DNA of 64,000 bases from an uncultured Nitrospina sp. (lineage in GTDB: Bacteria > Nitrospinota > Nitrospinia > Nitrospinales > VA-1): assembly GCA_937891765.1 (NCBI GenBank), contig CALAGQ010000047.1, positions 16,580 through 80,579 on the forward strand. The letters run 5' to 3'. Under the pieces are notes generated by a model. That model was not told where the DNA came from, did not search any database, and saw nothing but the letters and a program-made list of their open reading frames with translations. Numbering within the stretch: the stretch's first letter is position 1; every line of letters starts with the position of its first letter. Below, in pieces: positions 18,425-27,362 of this stretch. The translations under genes and the position numbers were made by a program.

Positions 18425-21400
18425 TTGCCCATGAAATTGAAAATCCTTTCATTTAATTGGCACGAACCTTATCTGTGCCTGCTGGCGCGGACAGGCCATG
18501 AATTCCTCATCGTTGAGCCTGAAATTGCTCCCGGCCACTACCGCCGCTGGGATGAGAATATGCGTCCTGTTCCACAAAACGTACGCCTTATCTCCCAAAA
18601 AATAGCTGAGGAAATGCTGGAACTGGGCGAACTCGACCTCATTATCGCACACAACATTAAAGATTTAATAGTGGTGAAGGACTACTCCCTCCCCAAGATT
18701 GCTGTATTTCACAACTGCCTGACCACTGAAATCAAGTTGGGCAAAGACAAGGTGAACCGGAAAGAGTATCTGGACCAAGTGGATTTTCTTCTAAAGGACG
18801 TCCACAAAGTTTTTATCTCTGAGAAAAAGCGACAGGACTGGGGATTGACCGGCGAATTGATTCGGCCTGGACTGGATGTCTCGGAATATGGCGGCTACCT
18901 CGGTGACAGGGAGACGGTTCTGCAAGTCGGCAACCTTCTTCAGGAACGGGATTTGATGATGGGTTATTCCATCAGTCAACAAATCGTGGGATGCCATCCT
19001 TTGACGACCTTGGGTCTCAACCCTAATATTCCTGGCTCGCGATTGTCTGAAGGATTTCAGGATCTATTGGAAAATTTCAGGGGATCCAGGGTATTCATCA
19101 ATACCACGGTGGACGAATATGAGGATGGATATAATTTGAGTATGCTTGAAGCCATGGCTACCGGAATGCCGGTGGTCAGCTCATGGAACAAATCTTCACC
19201 CATTGAAGATGGTAAAAATGGTTATATCTCGAAAGACCTCGACTATTTAAATCAGCGCATTGAATCTCTTTTAAAGAACCCGGAAGAGGCCAGGAGGTTA
19301 GGGGAACAAGCGCAAAAAACTGTCCAGGAAAAATTTCCGTTAAACCGGTTTCTTCAGTCCTGGCAGAAGGCGATTGAAAAATCGGTTCTAGATTTTTTGC
19401 ATCGAACCGGAATCAACCTACAAAAAGAGGCCATCCCGTTTCAGGAAAAAATCCGCAAAAATATTTTGATGGATTTTGTGTCCTATCCCGCTACCACCGC
19501 GCATTATCTGGAAAGAGCTTTCCGGCAAAACCACAATGTCGTTACATGCGGTGCTCAGATTAGTGAAGAAGCCATCAAACTTTGGAACCTTGAAGCCCTG
19601 AATTGGGAAATCACCCCACAGGATATATACAGAGGGAATGCGGATTCATTGAAAGAGGTCATGGAAGGACTACCCGATGGATGGCAGCCTGATTTTTATT
19701 TATGGGTCGAGACGGGTTTGAGCGATATTCCGGTAGACCTGAAAGAACATGCATTGCCCAAGGTTTGTTATCTCATAGACACTCATATAGATTTTGACCG
19801 GCATCTTAAAATAGCCAAAAATTTCGATTTTGTCTTTCTCGCGCAAAAAGCGTATGTACAAACCATGACGCAGGCGGGGATCAAAAATGTCATGTGGCTA
19901 CCTCTGGCTTGCGATACGGAAATACATGGAAAGGTGACGGTCTCAAAGCAATGTGATGTGGGTTTTGTCGGTTCCATTTCTTCAACGCGGGACCGCCGCA
20001 GAAATCTCCTGGATAAAATAGAAAAACAGTTTGATCTGGATTGCCAGAGAAAATTCATGGATGAGATGGCAGAGCATTTCAGTAAGTCCCGTATCGTTTT
20101 TAACAATGCCATCAATAATGATCTCAATATGCGGGTGTTCGAGGCTTTATGCAGCGGCAGTATGCTGGTCACCGACCCTGCGCCCGGTAGTGGCTTGGAA
20201 GAACTCTTCAAGGATAAAGAGCATTTGGTCATTTATGACGACGAAAACCTTGAAGCAACCATTTCTCATTACCTTGAGAATGCGTCGGAGAGGGAAAAGA
20301 TTGCCAGTGCCGGGAGGAAAGAGGTGCTGGCCAGACATACTTATGTGCATCGCGCGGAATCGATTATTCAAGTCCTAAACGAAAAAATTGGCAATATTGA
20401 GGAAAAGAAGTCTGCCTGCATGAATGAAAAATCGTCGAGTGAAAAATCTCCCTCTTATTATGAAAATGTCAGAAATGATTTGATTCCCCTCATTCCAAGT
20501 GATGCGAAATGCATTTTAGAAGTGGGTTGCGCGGCGGGAATGACAGGGCGGGAACTCAAAAAACGTTCCGGTGCCTTTGTAGCAGGAATAGAGTTGAATG
20601 CCCAGGCCGCCGAAGCTGCTAAAAAAGTTCTTGATGATGTGCTGCAAGGTAGTATTGAAACGATTGATTTGCCTTACAGCGATGGCTCCTTTGACTGCAT
20701 TTTGTTTGCGGACGTTCTGGAACATTTAGTCGATCCTCTTTCTGCCTTGCTGAAAGTCCGGCGTTTACTGAAAAAAGGAGGAACCGTTGTGGCCAGTATT
20801 CCTAATGTCCAGTTTCATGGAGTGATCCATCAATTGATTGAAGGCAACTGGACTTATGAGAAAGAAGGAATTCTTGATGAAACCCATCTCCGCTTCTTCA
20901 CCTATAAGGAAATCGTGAAACTATTTTCCAAGGCAGGTTATTCCATTCAGGCCGTTGAAGAGGTTCTAGACCCGCAATATGAAAAGTTTTCTTTGGCAAA
21001 TTCCACAGCCCTTAACTTTGGCAGGACGCAGGTCAAGGATTTAACTCCTGAAGAGATTAAACGATTTTTTGTATTTCAATATCAAGTCATTGCAAGCCCG
21101 ATAAATGCTAACAAAAATGAGGGACACGACATGTTTGAAGATGGCGATACCGATTTAAAGATTGATCATTTGTTGTTGGAAGCTTCAGAGGTATCGAACT
21201 CGGGGGATTTTGAGATCGCTTTAAAGCTTTTTGGTGAAATCATTAAAATATCTCCTGATAACGTTCAGGCTTTGATTGGCATGGGTGATTGCTATATGAA
21301 GCTTCAACTTCCTGACAAGGCCGAGACCTGCTTTGATCAAGCCTGTTTGAAGCAACCTGATAATTCCAGAGGCTGGTTAGGCTCGGGGTTGCTGGCGCTC

Positions 21401-21829
21401 CACAGAAACGATAGCAAAAGGGCAGATGTTTGTTTTAACAAATCGCTGGAACATGATCCCGATAACGATAAAGCCTATTGTGGCCTTGGCATGGCAAGGA
21501 TTAACAGGAAGGATTTGGACGGAGCGGTGGATTACTTCTGCAGGGCTCTGGACGCAAATCCTGAAAACCTTTCTGCTTGCAAATTCCTTTTGGAGCTCTC
21601 CTATAAACTGGAACAGTATGAGAAAATTGAGATGCATTTAAATAAATTCATGGAACTTCATCCCGCTAACCTGAGTATGCGGTTTGGGTTGGCCGGTGTT
21701 CAGTACAAAAGTGGAAAGTTTGAGGACTCGATCAAGAGCCTGGAACATATCCTCGCTCTCGACCCGGAACATGAGGCTGCCAGGGAAATGATGGAGAGTG
21801 TACGGTCTGATGTGGTGTTAAGTAAATAA
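18425..21829 (+). CDS. Multidomain protein (1134 aa): GT1/GT4-like glycosyltransferase + CgeB-like glycosyltransferase module + class I SAM methyltransferase + TPR repeats
   Basis: GT1 signature EYEDGYNLSMLEAMATGMPVV; CgeB-like block CDVGFVGS...NMRVFEALCSGSMLVTD; methyltransferase motif I ILEVGCAAG with FDCILFADVLEHL; a C-terminal run of 34-residue TPR-like repeats. Start is TTG 18425 or ATG 18431. Confidence 0.7.
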   Translation: MPMKLKILSFNWHEPYLCLLARTGHEFLIVEPEIAPGHYRRWDENMRPVPQNVRLISQKIAEEMLELGELDLIIAHNIKDLIVVKDYSLPKIAVFHNCLTTEIKLGKDKVNRKEYLDQVDFLLKDVHKVFISEKKRQDWGLTGELIRPGLDVSEYGGYLGDRETVLQVGNLLQERDLMMGYSISQQIVGCHPLTTLGLNPNIPGSRLSEGFQDLLENFRGSRVFINTTVDEYEDGYNLSMLEAMATGMPVVSSWNKSSPIEDGKNGYISKDLDYLNQRIESLLKNPEEARRLGEQAQKTVQEKFPLNRFLQSWQKAIEKSVLDFLHRTGINLQKEAIPFQEKIRKNILMDFVSYPATTAHYLERAFRQNHNVVTCGAQISEEAIKLWNLEALNWEITPQDIYRGNADSLKEVMEGLPDGWQPDFYLWVETGLSDIPVDLKEHALPKVCYLIDTHIDFDRHLKIAKNFDFVFLAQKAYVQTMTQAGIKNVMWLPLACDTEIHGKVTVSKQCDVGFVGSISSTRDRRRNLLDKIEKQFDLDCQRKFMDEMAEHFSKSRIVFNNAINNDLNMRVFEALCSGSMLVTDPAPGSGLEELFKDKEHLVIYDDENLEATISHYLENASEREKIASAGRKEVLARHTYVHRAESIIQVLNEKIGNIEEKKSACMNEKSSSEKSPSYYENVRNDLIPLIPSDAKCILEVGCAAGMTGRELKKRSGAFVAGIELNAQAAEAAKKVLDDVLQGSIETIDLPYSDGSFDCILFADVLEHLVDPLSALLKVRRLLKKGGTVVASIPNVQFHGVIHQLIEGNWTYEKEGILDETHLRFFTYKEIVKLFSKAGYSIQAVEEVLDPQYEKFSLANSTALNFGRTQVKDLTPEEIKRFFVFQYQVIASPINANKNEGHDMFEDGDTDLKIDHLLLEASEVSNSGDFEIALKLFGEIIKISPDNVQALIGMGDCYMKLQLPDKAETCFDQACLKQPDNSRGWLGSGLLALHRNDSKRADVCFNKSLEHDPDNDKAYCGLGMARINRKDLDGAVDYFCRALDANPENLSACKFLLELSYKLEQYEKIEMHLNKFMELHPANLSMRFGLAGVQYKSGKFEDSIKSLEHILALDPEHEAAREMMESVRSDVVLSK

Positions 21830-21831
21830 CA

Positions 21832-23616
21832 ATGGATTTCTTCGATCAAAATCTAAAGCATCTGCGGGAATACGATCCGGAACTTGCGGAACGTGTTGCC
21901 CTGCAACCTTTTCCTGAGAATGTTAACGTCATTTCAGCAAAGGATGGGTTTCCTGTTCCCAAAATTGCTGGAGTTACTTTGCACAGTCAATACCGTCCCT
22001 TAGAGGAAGGGCAAAAAACGACAGCGGATTTTGTTCTCAACCCGGAACGCAAAACGGTGGTTTATGGTTTGGGCTTTGGTTATCACATTCAGGCCTTGCT
22101 CCAGAAATGTCCGGGGGAGTTGATCGTCGTAGAGCCTTTGATGACTCTGTTCAGGGCCTATATGACATGCATAGACATACGGCCTTTTTTGTCACAGGTG
22201 CGTTTCAGGATTGGAGAAACGCCTGCCTGCCTGCTTGCCCGGCTGGAACCGGATTGCTGGAATGTTTTTAAACATTCTCCTTCCATAAGAATTGGTGAGA
22301 CCTACTACAATAGGCTGGATGAGGGTCTGGTGATAAGAGGCCTGCTCCAGCAACGCACTCTCAGAGTGATGATTGTCAATCCCATGTATGGCGGCTCTTT
22401 GCCAACGGCGCATCACTGTGCCGGGGCTTTGAAGAATATGGGGCATGAGGTCGCCACCGTAGATTGCGAAGCGTTTGAGCAAGGTTTTTTTTCGTTAAAG
22501 AAAGTGACGCGCCATCCAGAAAACTCTGAGATTCTTTCCCGTAATTTTATGAACTTCATGGGTGAAATAGCAGCTGCTAAGGCCGCAGAATTTCAACCGG
22601 ATCTGGTTCTGGCGCTTGCCCAGGCACCACTTACACCTGATGCGATTCAAAAACTGAGAGCGTTACAAGTTCCCGTTGTTTTCTGGTTCGTGGAAGATTT
22701 CAGGACTTTGCCGTATTGGAATGAGATAGCGACTTCTTATGATCATATTTTTACTTTGCAAGGCGGAGAGTTTCATGACGCATTGCGATCCAAAGGAGTG
22801 CGAGACTGCTACTACCTACCGCAGGCTTGTTTCCCGGATGCCCATAAGCCGTTGGAGGGCATGGGGAAGGATTATCAGGCCGATATTTCATTCATGGGAG
22901 CGGCTTATCATAATCGTGTGCAGTCTTTTCCCCGGTTGATGGATCTTGATTTCAAGATATGGGGAGAAGGTTGGAATCTGGAAACGCCATTAGGCCGACA
23001 GGTGCAAAATAATAATAAACGGGTATCAACAGAAGAAACCGTTAAAATTTATAACGCCGCTAAAATTAATTTGAATCTGCATTCTTCCACCTACCATTAT
23101 GGAATTAATCCAGATGGTGATTTTGTGAATCCACGGACTTTTGAGATTTCTGCCTGCCGGGGATTTCAACTGGTGGATAACCGGAAAGACTTGTCACGCA
23201 TGTTCAAAGTGGGCGAAGAGATAATTGCTTTCGACACTCTGGATCAAATGCGCGAGCAAATTGATTATTATCTTGCCCGACCTGAGGAAAGAAATACAAT
23301 TGCTTTAAAATCCTACCAGCGTGTTCTGAAGGAGCACACTATGGAGCATCGTATGCAGGAGTTATTGCTGCATATTTTTCTGGACCGCAAGCCTGCTCTT
23401 GAATCCATGGAAGCCATCGAGAGAGATCCGTTGGATTATTGCATCGGACAAGCAGGTGAAAGTACAGAACTGGGTCAATACTTACAACAGTTCAGAGGCC
23501 AGCATCCTTTTTCCTTGAAGACGGTAGTTGATCATATCCATGCGGGAGAAGGGGCGTTGGACAATAATGAGTCTTTATTTTTGATGATGAATCAGATTTT
23601 AAAGGAGAATGTCTGA
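21832..23616 (+). CDS. Maf-like N-terminal domain fused to a CgeB-like glycosyltransferase module (594 aa)
   Basis: The N-terminus (FDQNLKHLREYDPELAERV ... VVYGLGFGYHIQALL) resembles motility-accessory-factor/DUF115-type proteins. The C-terminal block (ISFMGAAY...NPRTFEISACRGFQLVD) is paralogous to the central module of the preceding gene. Confidence 0.55.
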   Translation: MDFFDQNLKHLREYDPELAERVALQPFPENVNVISAKDGFPVPKIAGVTLHSQYRPLEEGQKTTADFVLNPERKTVVYGLGFGYHIQALLQKCPGELIVVEPLMTLFRAYMTCIDIRPFLSQVRFRIGETPACLLARLEPDCWNVFKHSPSIRIGETYYNRLDEGLVIRGLLQQRTLRVMIVNPMYGGSLPTAHHCAGALKNMGHEVATVDCEAFEQGFFSLKKVTRHPENSEILSRNFMNFMGEIAAAKAAEFQPDLVLALAQAPLTPDAIQKLRALQVPVVFWFVEDFRTLPYWNEIATSYDHIFTLQGGEFHDALRSKGVRDCYYLPQACFPDAHKPLEGMGKDYQADISFMGAAYHNRVQSFPRLMDLDFKIWGEGWNLETPLGRQVQNNNKRVSTEETVKIYNAAKINLNLHSSTYHYGINPDGDFVNPRTFEISACRGFQLVDNRKDLSRMFKVGEEIIAFDTLDQMREQIDYYLARPEERNTIALKSYQRVLKEHTMEHRMQELLLHIFLDRKPALESMEAIERDPLDYCIGQAGESTELGQYLQQFRGQHPFSLKTVVDHIHAGEGALDNNESLFLMMNQILKENV

Positions 23617-23618
23617 TC

Positions 23619-25352
23619 GTGGCTGAAAATATTTTAATACTCAGTATGACCCGAATGGGAGATATGATTCAGACGACTCCCCTGATTAGAGGATTGAAGG
23701 AAAAGTATCCTGAATCAAAAATAACTCTTTTGGTTACCAGCGATTTTGCCAGCGCTGTACCTCTTATACCGAATGTGGATGATTCAATCGTTCTCAACTT
23801 CAAGCAGTTTGATATAAGTGAGAACTGGGAAGACCAATCGTGGATAAAGGTATATCGGTATCTTGAAGAGTCTTTGGATGATATCAGGGGCAGGAACTAT
23901 GATCTGCTTGTGAATTTGAGTCACTCAAAATTCAGCGCTCTCATGGTGCGCTACTTGGATATCAAAAATGTCATTGGTTTTCATTGCAATGAGTTTGGTG
24001 ATCGTATGACAGGGCATCCCTGGATGCAGTATTTTGGGGTGGAGGTTTTTAATCGTACTTATAATGAATTTAACCTTGTTGAGATTTTTTCCGGTAGTGC
24101 CGGGATTAATGTAAAGGGTCGTTCCATTGAAGTGCTGCGACCACAAAACCAGCCTTCATTCGACACTGAGTGGCCTTCAAATTGTGAGGATGTTTTGATC
24201 GGATTTCAGGCGGGCTCCAGTCTGGAGGACCGAAGGTGGCCTGCTCAAGCTTTTGCAAATCTTGCAGATATGCTGATCGAAAAAACCAATGCCAGAATTC
24301 TCATCTTTGGTGTGGAATCTGAAAATAAGGTGGCTGAGGATATTATCAGTCTGGTGCGAAATAAGGACCGAATATCGAACTTTGCTGGTAAAACCAGTCT
24401 CGGCGAATTGTCTCAGCTGTTGGAGAAATGTGAATATCTGGTTACCAATGATACCGGGACGATGCACTTGGCTGCGGCGCTAGGAACAAAAATTGTCGGG
24501 CTCTTTTTTGCTCATGCGCATCCTTATGAAACAGCACCGTTTTCTCCTGGGCATTTAATTTTTCAGGCAGGAATTTCCTGCGCACCATGTAGTTATGGAG
24601 TCCACTGTAACAATATTGTTTGTGTAGAAAAGGTTCGCCCACAACATCTCTTCTCAGCGATTGAAGGGCATATCAAAACCCAGTCGTGGAGTCTTCCTGA
24701 AACGATCACCTCGGACTCTGAGGTGAATGTTTATGAAACAGCGATTGGCTTTGACATGAATTTTAGATTGCGGCCCCTTGTCAGGTGTGGGCTTAGGGTG
24801 AATGATTTGCTCCGGTCGGCTTATGGTCTTTTATGGAGAGCGAGTCTTGACGATAAAAAGGTAATTCCAGGCAATGATTTTCTCGGTGTCTGCGAAGACT
24901 TGTCACAGGAATACGATTGTTCTGATATTGAAGCGCTTGCAGAACAACTGGAAAAAAAATATTTGATATTGGACGCTATCTCGAAGCTGGCCCATGCGGG
25001 ACAGAGGCTCTGCGGAAAAATTATTAAAGGGGCATCGGGCCGCAAAGGGAGTTCTCCCAAAATTGGCCGGTTCGGCGAGGACATCACGAACGTGGATAAG
25101 GAAATTGAAGTGCTGGGGTTCAGTAATCCTGAAGTGAAGCCCCTGACCGATATGTTCAGCAAAAGAAAAGAAAATGTGGGGGGTGACAATATATGCCTTT
25201 TGGCGATTGAAACTCGAAAGTGTTATATCGATCTGATCAACGAAAGTGAAAAACTGCAGGAAATTTTAAAAAGCTGCGAGGGAAAATTGTCTGCCTTGCA
25301 ACCGGGCTATATTTCACATAGCTCCATCAATGTGGCGGTTCCTGGAAGGTAG
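23619..25352 (+). CDS. Glycosyltransferase family 9 (heptosyltransferase-like) with a ~230-aa C-terminal extension
   Basis: ILILSMTRMGDMIQTTPLIRGLKEKYPESKITLLV and NDTGTMHLAAALGTKIVGLF are typical GT9 motifs. At 577 aa it is well above the ~340 aa usual for the family. GTG start. Confidence 0.7.
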   Translation: MAENILILSMTRMGDMIQTTPLIRGLKEKYPESKITLLVTSDFASAVPLIPNVDDSIVLNFKQFDISENWEDQSWIKVYRYLEESLDDIRGRNYDLLVNLSHSKFSALMVRYLDIKNVIGFHCNEFGDRMTGHPWMQYFGVEVFNRTYNEFNLVEIFSGSAGINVKGRSIEVLRPQNQPSFDTEWPSNCEDVLIGFQAGSSLEDRRWPAQAFANLADMLIEKTNARILIFGVESENKVAEDIISLVRNKDRISNFAGKTSLGELSQLLEKCEYLVTNDTGTMHLAAALGTKIVGLFFAHAHPYETAPFSPGHLIFQAGISCAPCSYGVHCNNIVCVEKVRPQHLFSAIEGHIKTQSWSLPETITSDSEVNVYETAIGFDMNFRLRPLVRCGLRVNDLLRSAYGLLWRASLDDKKVIPGNDFLGVCEDLSQEYDCSDIEALAEQLEKKYLILDAISKLAHAGQRLCGKIIKGASGRKGSSPKIGRFGEDITNVDKEIEVLGFSNPEVKPLTDMFSKRKENVGGDNICLLAIETRKCYIDLINESEKLQEILKSCEGKLSALQPGYISHSSINVAVPGR

Positions 25353-26866
25353 GAAGCCATATCCCCTTTTGCTTTTCCTTTTAAGAACCCTTGAATGAAC
25401 TCCAGAGAAGCTCCTCCGCCAGTGGATACGAAGAAATTGCTGGAAAAATAATTCCATAATTGGTAAGAATCATTTTCAAGAAAGTCGATGGATATCTGGT
25501 TTCGATTTATGGTTGAGGGGAACTGTTTCTCAATCTGAACCTTGATCATTTTTTTCAATTCGGTGATTCCTATTTTGTTCAGGATCGCGGCAGAATCTCC
25601 CCCGCCAATAACCACAGATAGTTTGGAATCAGTCAGGGACATTTGAAAAAGCAATTTGGCTAACTCCAGAGAGCCTTCTGCGTAATAGGTGCATGCCGGA
25701 TGGTCGTAGGCACCCAAAGGCCCGTTCCAGAATACGTTTTTGATATCTTTGAAAAGCTCTTCAAATTGGCTGATGGTTTTTTCGCCTAAATCAAGCTGGA
25801 GCTCTTTTGAGAAGTCGGGAGAAGTTTTATTTTCAAAAATAGTGCTCTGATAATCAGTGACAACTTTGTAGTCTTGAGGAAGGAGTAGACTGACCTTGTT
25901 GACTTCTGCAAGCTCAATGATTTCTTCGGCCAGGTTGATTTCGTGCAGGAGTTCTTCGTTTTCGGCTTCCTTCTGGCTTAGTAATTTTGCAGGCAATGTT
26001 TCATTTCGAAAAGGTTGTAGTAATTCCTTTTGTTGCTGGGCCAAAAGGAAAGCGTTGGCCATTTTGCCTCCGATTAAAATACTTTTGACTCCTGTCAAGA
26101 CGAACTGTTTTAAAATCTCAATTTTGTCAGATATTTTTGCACCACCGGCCACGACTAGAGTTTTTCTAGGCTGAGCCAGTATTCTGCCGGCAAATTTTCC
26201 AATACGGCTGATTTCTTCATAGAGAAGAACACCGGCAACCACCAGTTTCCCTTCCTGCCGCATCAATTGAGGTAAAAGTTTGATGCTTTTTGTAACGCGG
26301 TGACTGCAACCGAATGCGCAATTGATATAGACATCAGCGACATCTGCCAATTTGGTGATGAATTCGGTGCGGAACATATCCGTGTTTGTTGGATCCAGAA
26401 GATAACGCAAATTGGGAAGAAATTTGATTCCTCCCGGCGGCAGGCGCTTGTGTGAAACGATTTCCAGAGAATGTTGCATGTGGGAATCAATCGTTTCAGG
26501 GGGGAAGATGGTGTAGGTGTCTCCATAAACTCTTCGGATCAAAGTGTCGAAGTGAGAAGAAACAAACTGGATGTTGAAGATGCCGTCCCAGCCAGAATGA
26601 TCTTTCGTTTTGTGAGGCCGACCGAGGTGTGATCCAATGATGATCCGGCAGTCTCCTTCCGTCAACTCGTGGATCTTCCTGAATGTGAGATCCAGAAAAC
26701 GCCGGATTCGGGTATCGTCTGCGACCCGGAATCCTTTTGCAGTAGATCGCAGGGGAACGTTGAAATCGCACCGGATAAAAATGGTCTTGCCCCTTAAATC
26801 GGACGGTTTTAACGATCCCAGTTGGGTCATTCCGATCGAATTGCTTGAGTTTGAGACGGCCATCAT
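25307..26866 (-). CDS. pgk: Phosphoglycerate kinase homologue, unusually long (519 aa) with several insertions
   Basis: PGK motifs are present: IFIRCDFNVP, GSHLGRP, NCAFGCSHR, VVAGGAKISDKI, FWNGPLGAY, VIGGGDSAA, VSTGGGASLEF. They are separated by segments absent from ~395-aa PGKs. Confidence 0.75.
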   Translation of the reverse strand: MMAVSNSSNSIGMTQLGSLKPSDLRGKTIFIRCDFNVPLRSTAKGFRVADDTRIRRFLDLTFRKIHELTEGDCRIIIGSHLGRPHKTKDHSGWDGIFNIQFVSSHFDTLIRRVYGDTYTIFPPETIDSHMQHSLEIVSHKRLPPGGIKFLPNLRYLLDPTNTDMFRTEFITKLADVADVYINCAFGCSHRVTKSIKLLPQLMRQEGKLVVAGVLLYEEISRIGKFAGRILAQPRKTLVVAGGAKISDKIEILKQFVLTGVKSILIGGKMANAFLLAQQQKELLQPFRNETLPAKLLSQKEAENEELLHEINLAEEIIELAEVNKVSLLLPQDYKVVTDYQSTIFENKTSPDFSKELQLDLGEKTISQFEELFKDIKNVFWNGPLGAYDHPACTYYAEGSLELAKLLFQMSLTDSKLSVVIGGGDSAAILNKIGITELKKMIKVQIEKQFPSTINRNQISIDFLENDSYQLWNYFSSNFFVSTGGGASLEFIQGFLKGKAKGDMASYLPGTATLMELCEI

Positions 26867-27362
26867 AAGTCCCTGTTTTAGTGAAGCGTGGAAGGTTGAA
26901 AATCGGTTGTTTTTGCTTATAAATGCGTCAATCTTACTATATTGTTTTTATCGGGATAATTCGTTTATTCAACAATAATATTTTCATTCTTTCGGATAAG
27001 AATGGTATGATTAAGTCGGATATAAAAGTACCCAGATTTAGAAATCAATAATTTGTGCCGGAATTAACCGGCTTTAGTGATAAGTGAGTTTCGATTGTTC
27101 CCCTTTCTAAAGGAATTTATACCAAAAAAAAGATTTATGGTTTTTATCGAAATTTATAAAGAATTTAAATAACATTTTTATAGACTTTCCGACAGGAAAA
27201 ACCAACCCTAAAACACAGATTCCTTCTTTCCTCACCTAAGAAAAGATACCCTGTGATCCCGACCGGCAAAAAAATAAAGTTTGCATTTAATTATTTGAAT
27301 TATAAAGGTTAATTTCCCATATATCAACCTTTTGAATGCTTGCCCGGCCTTGAAACCTACCG

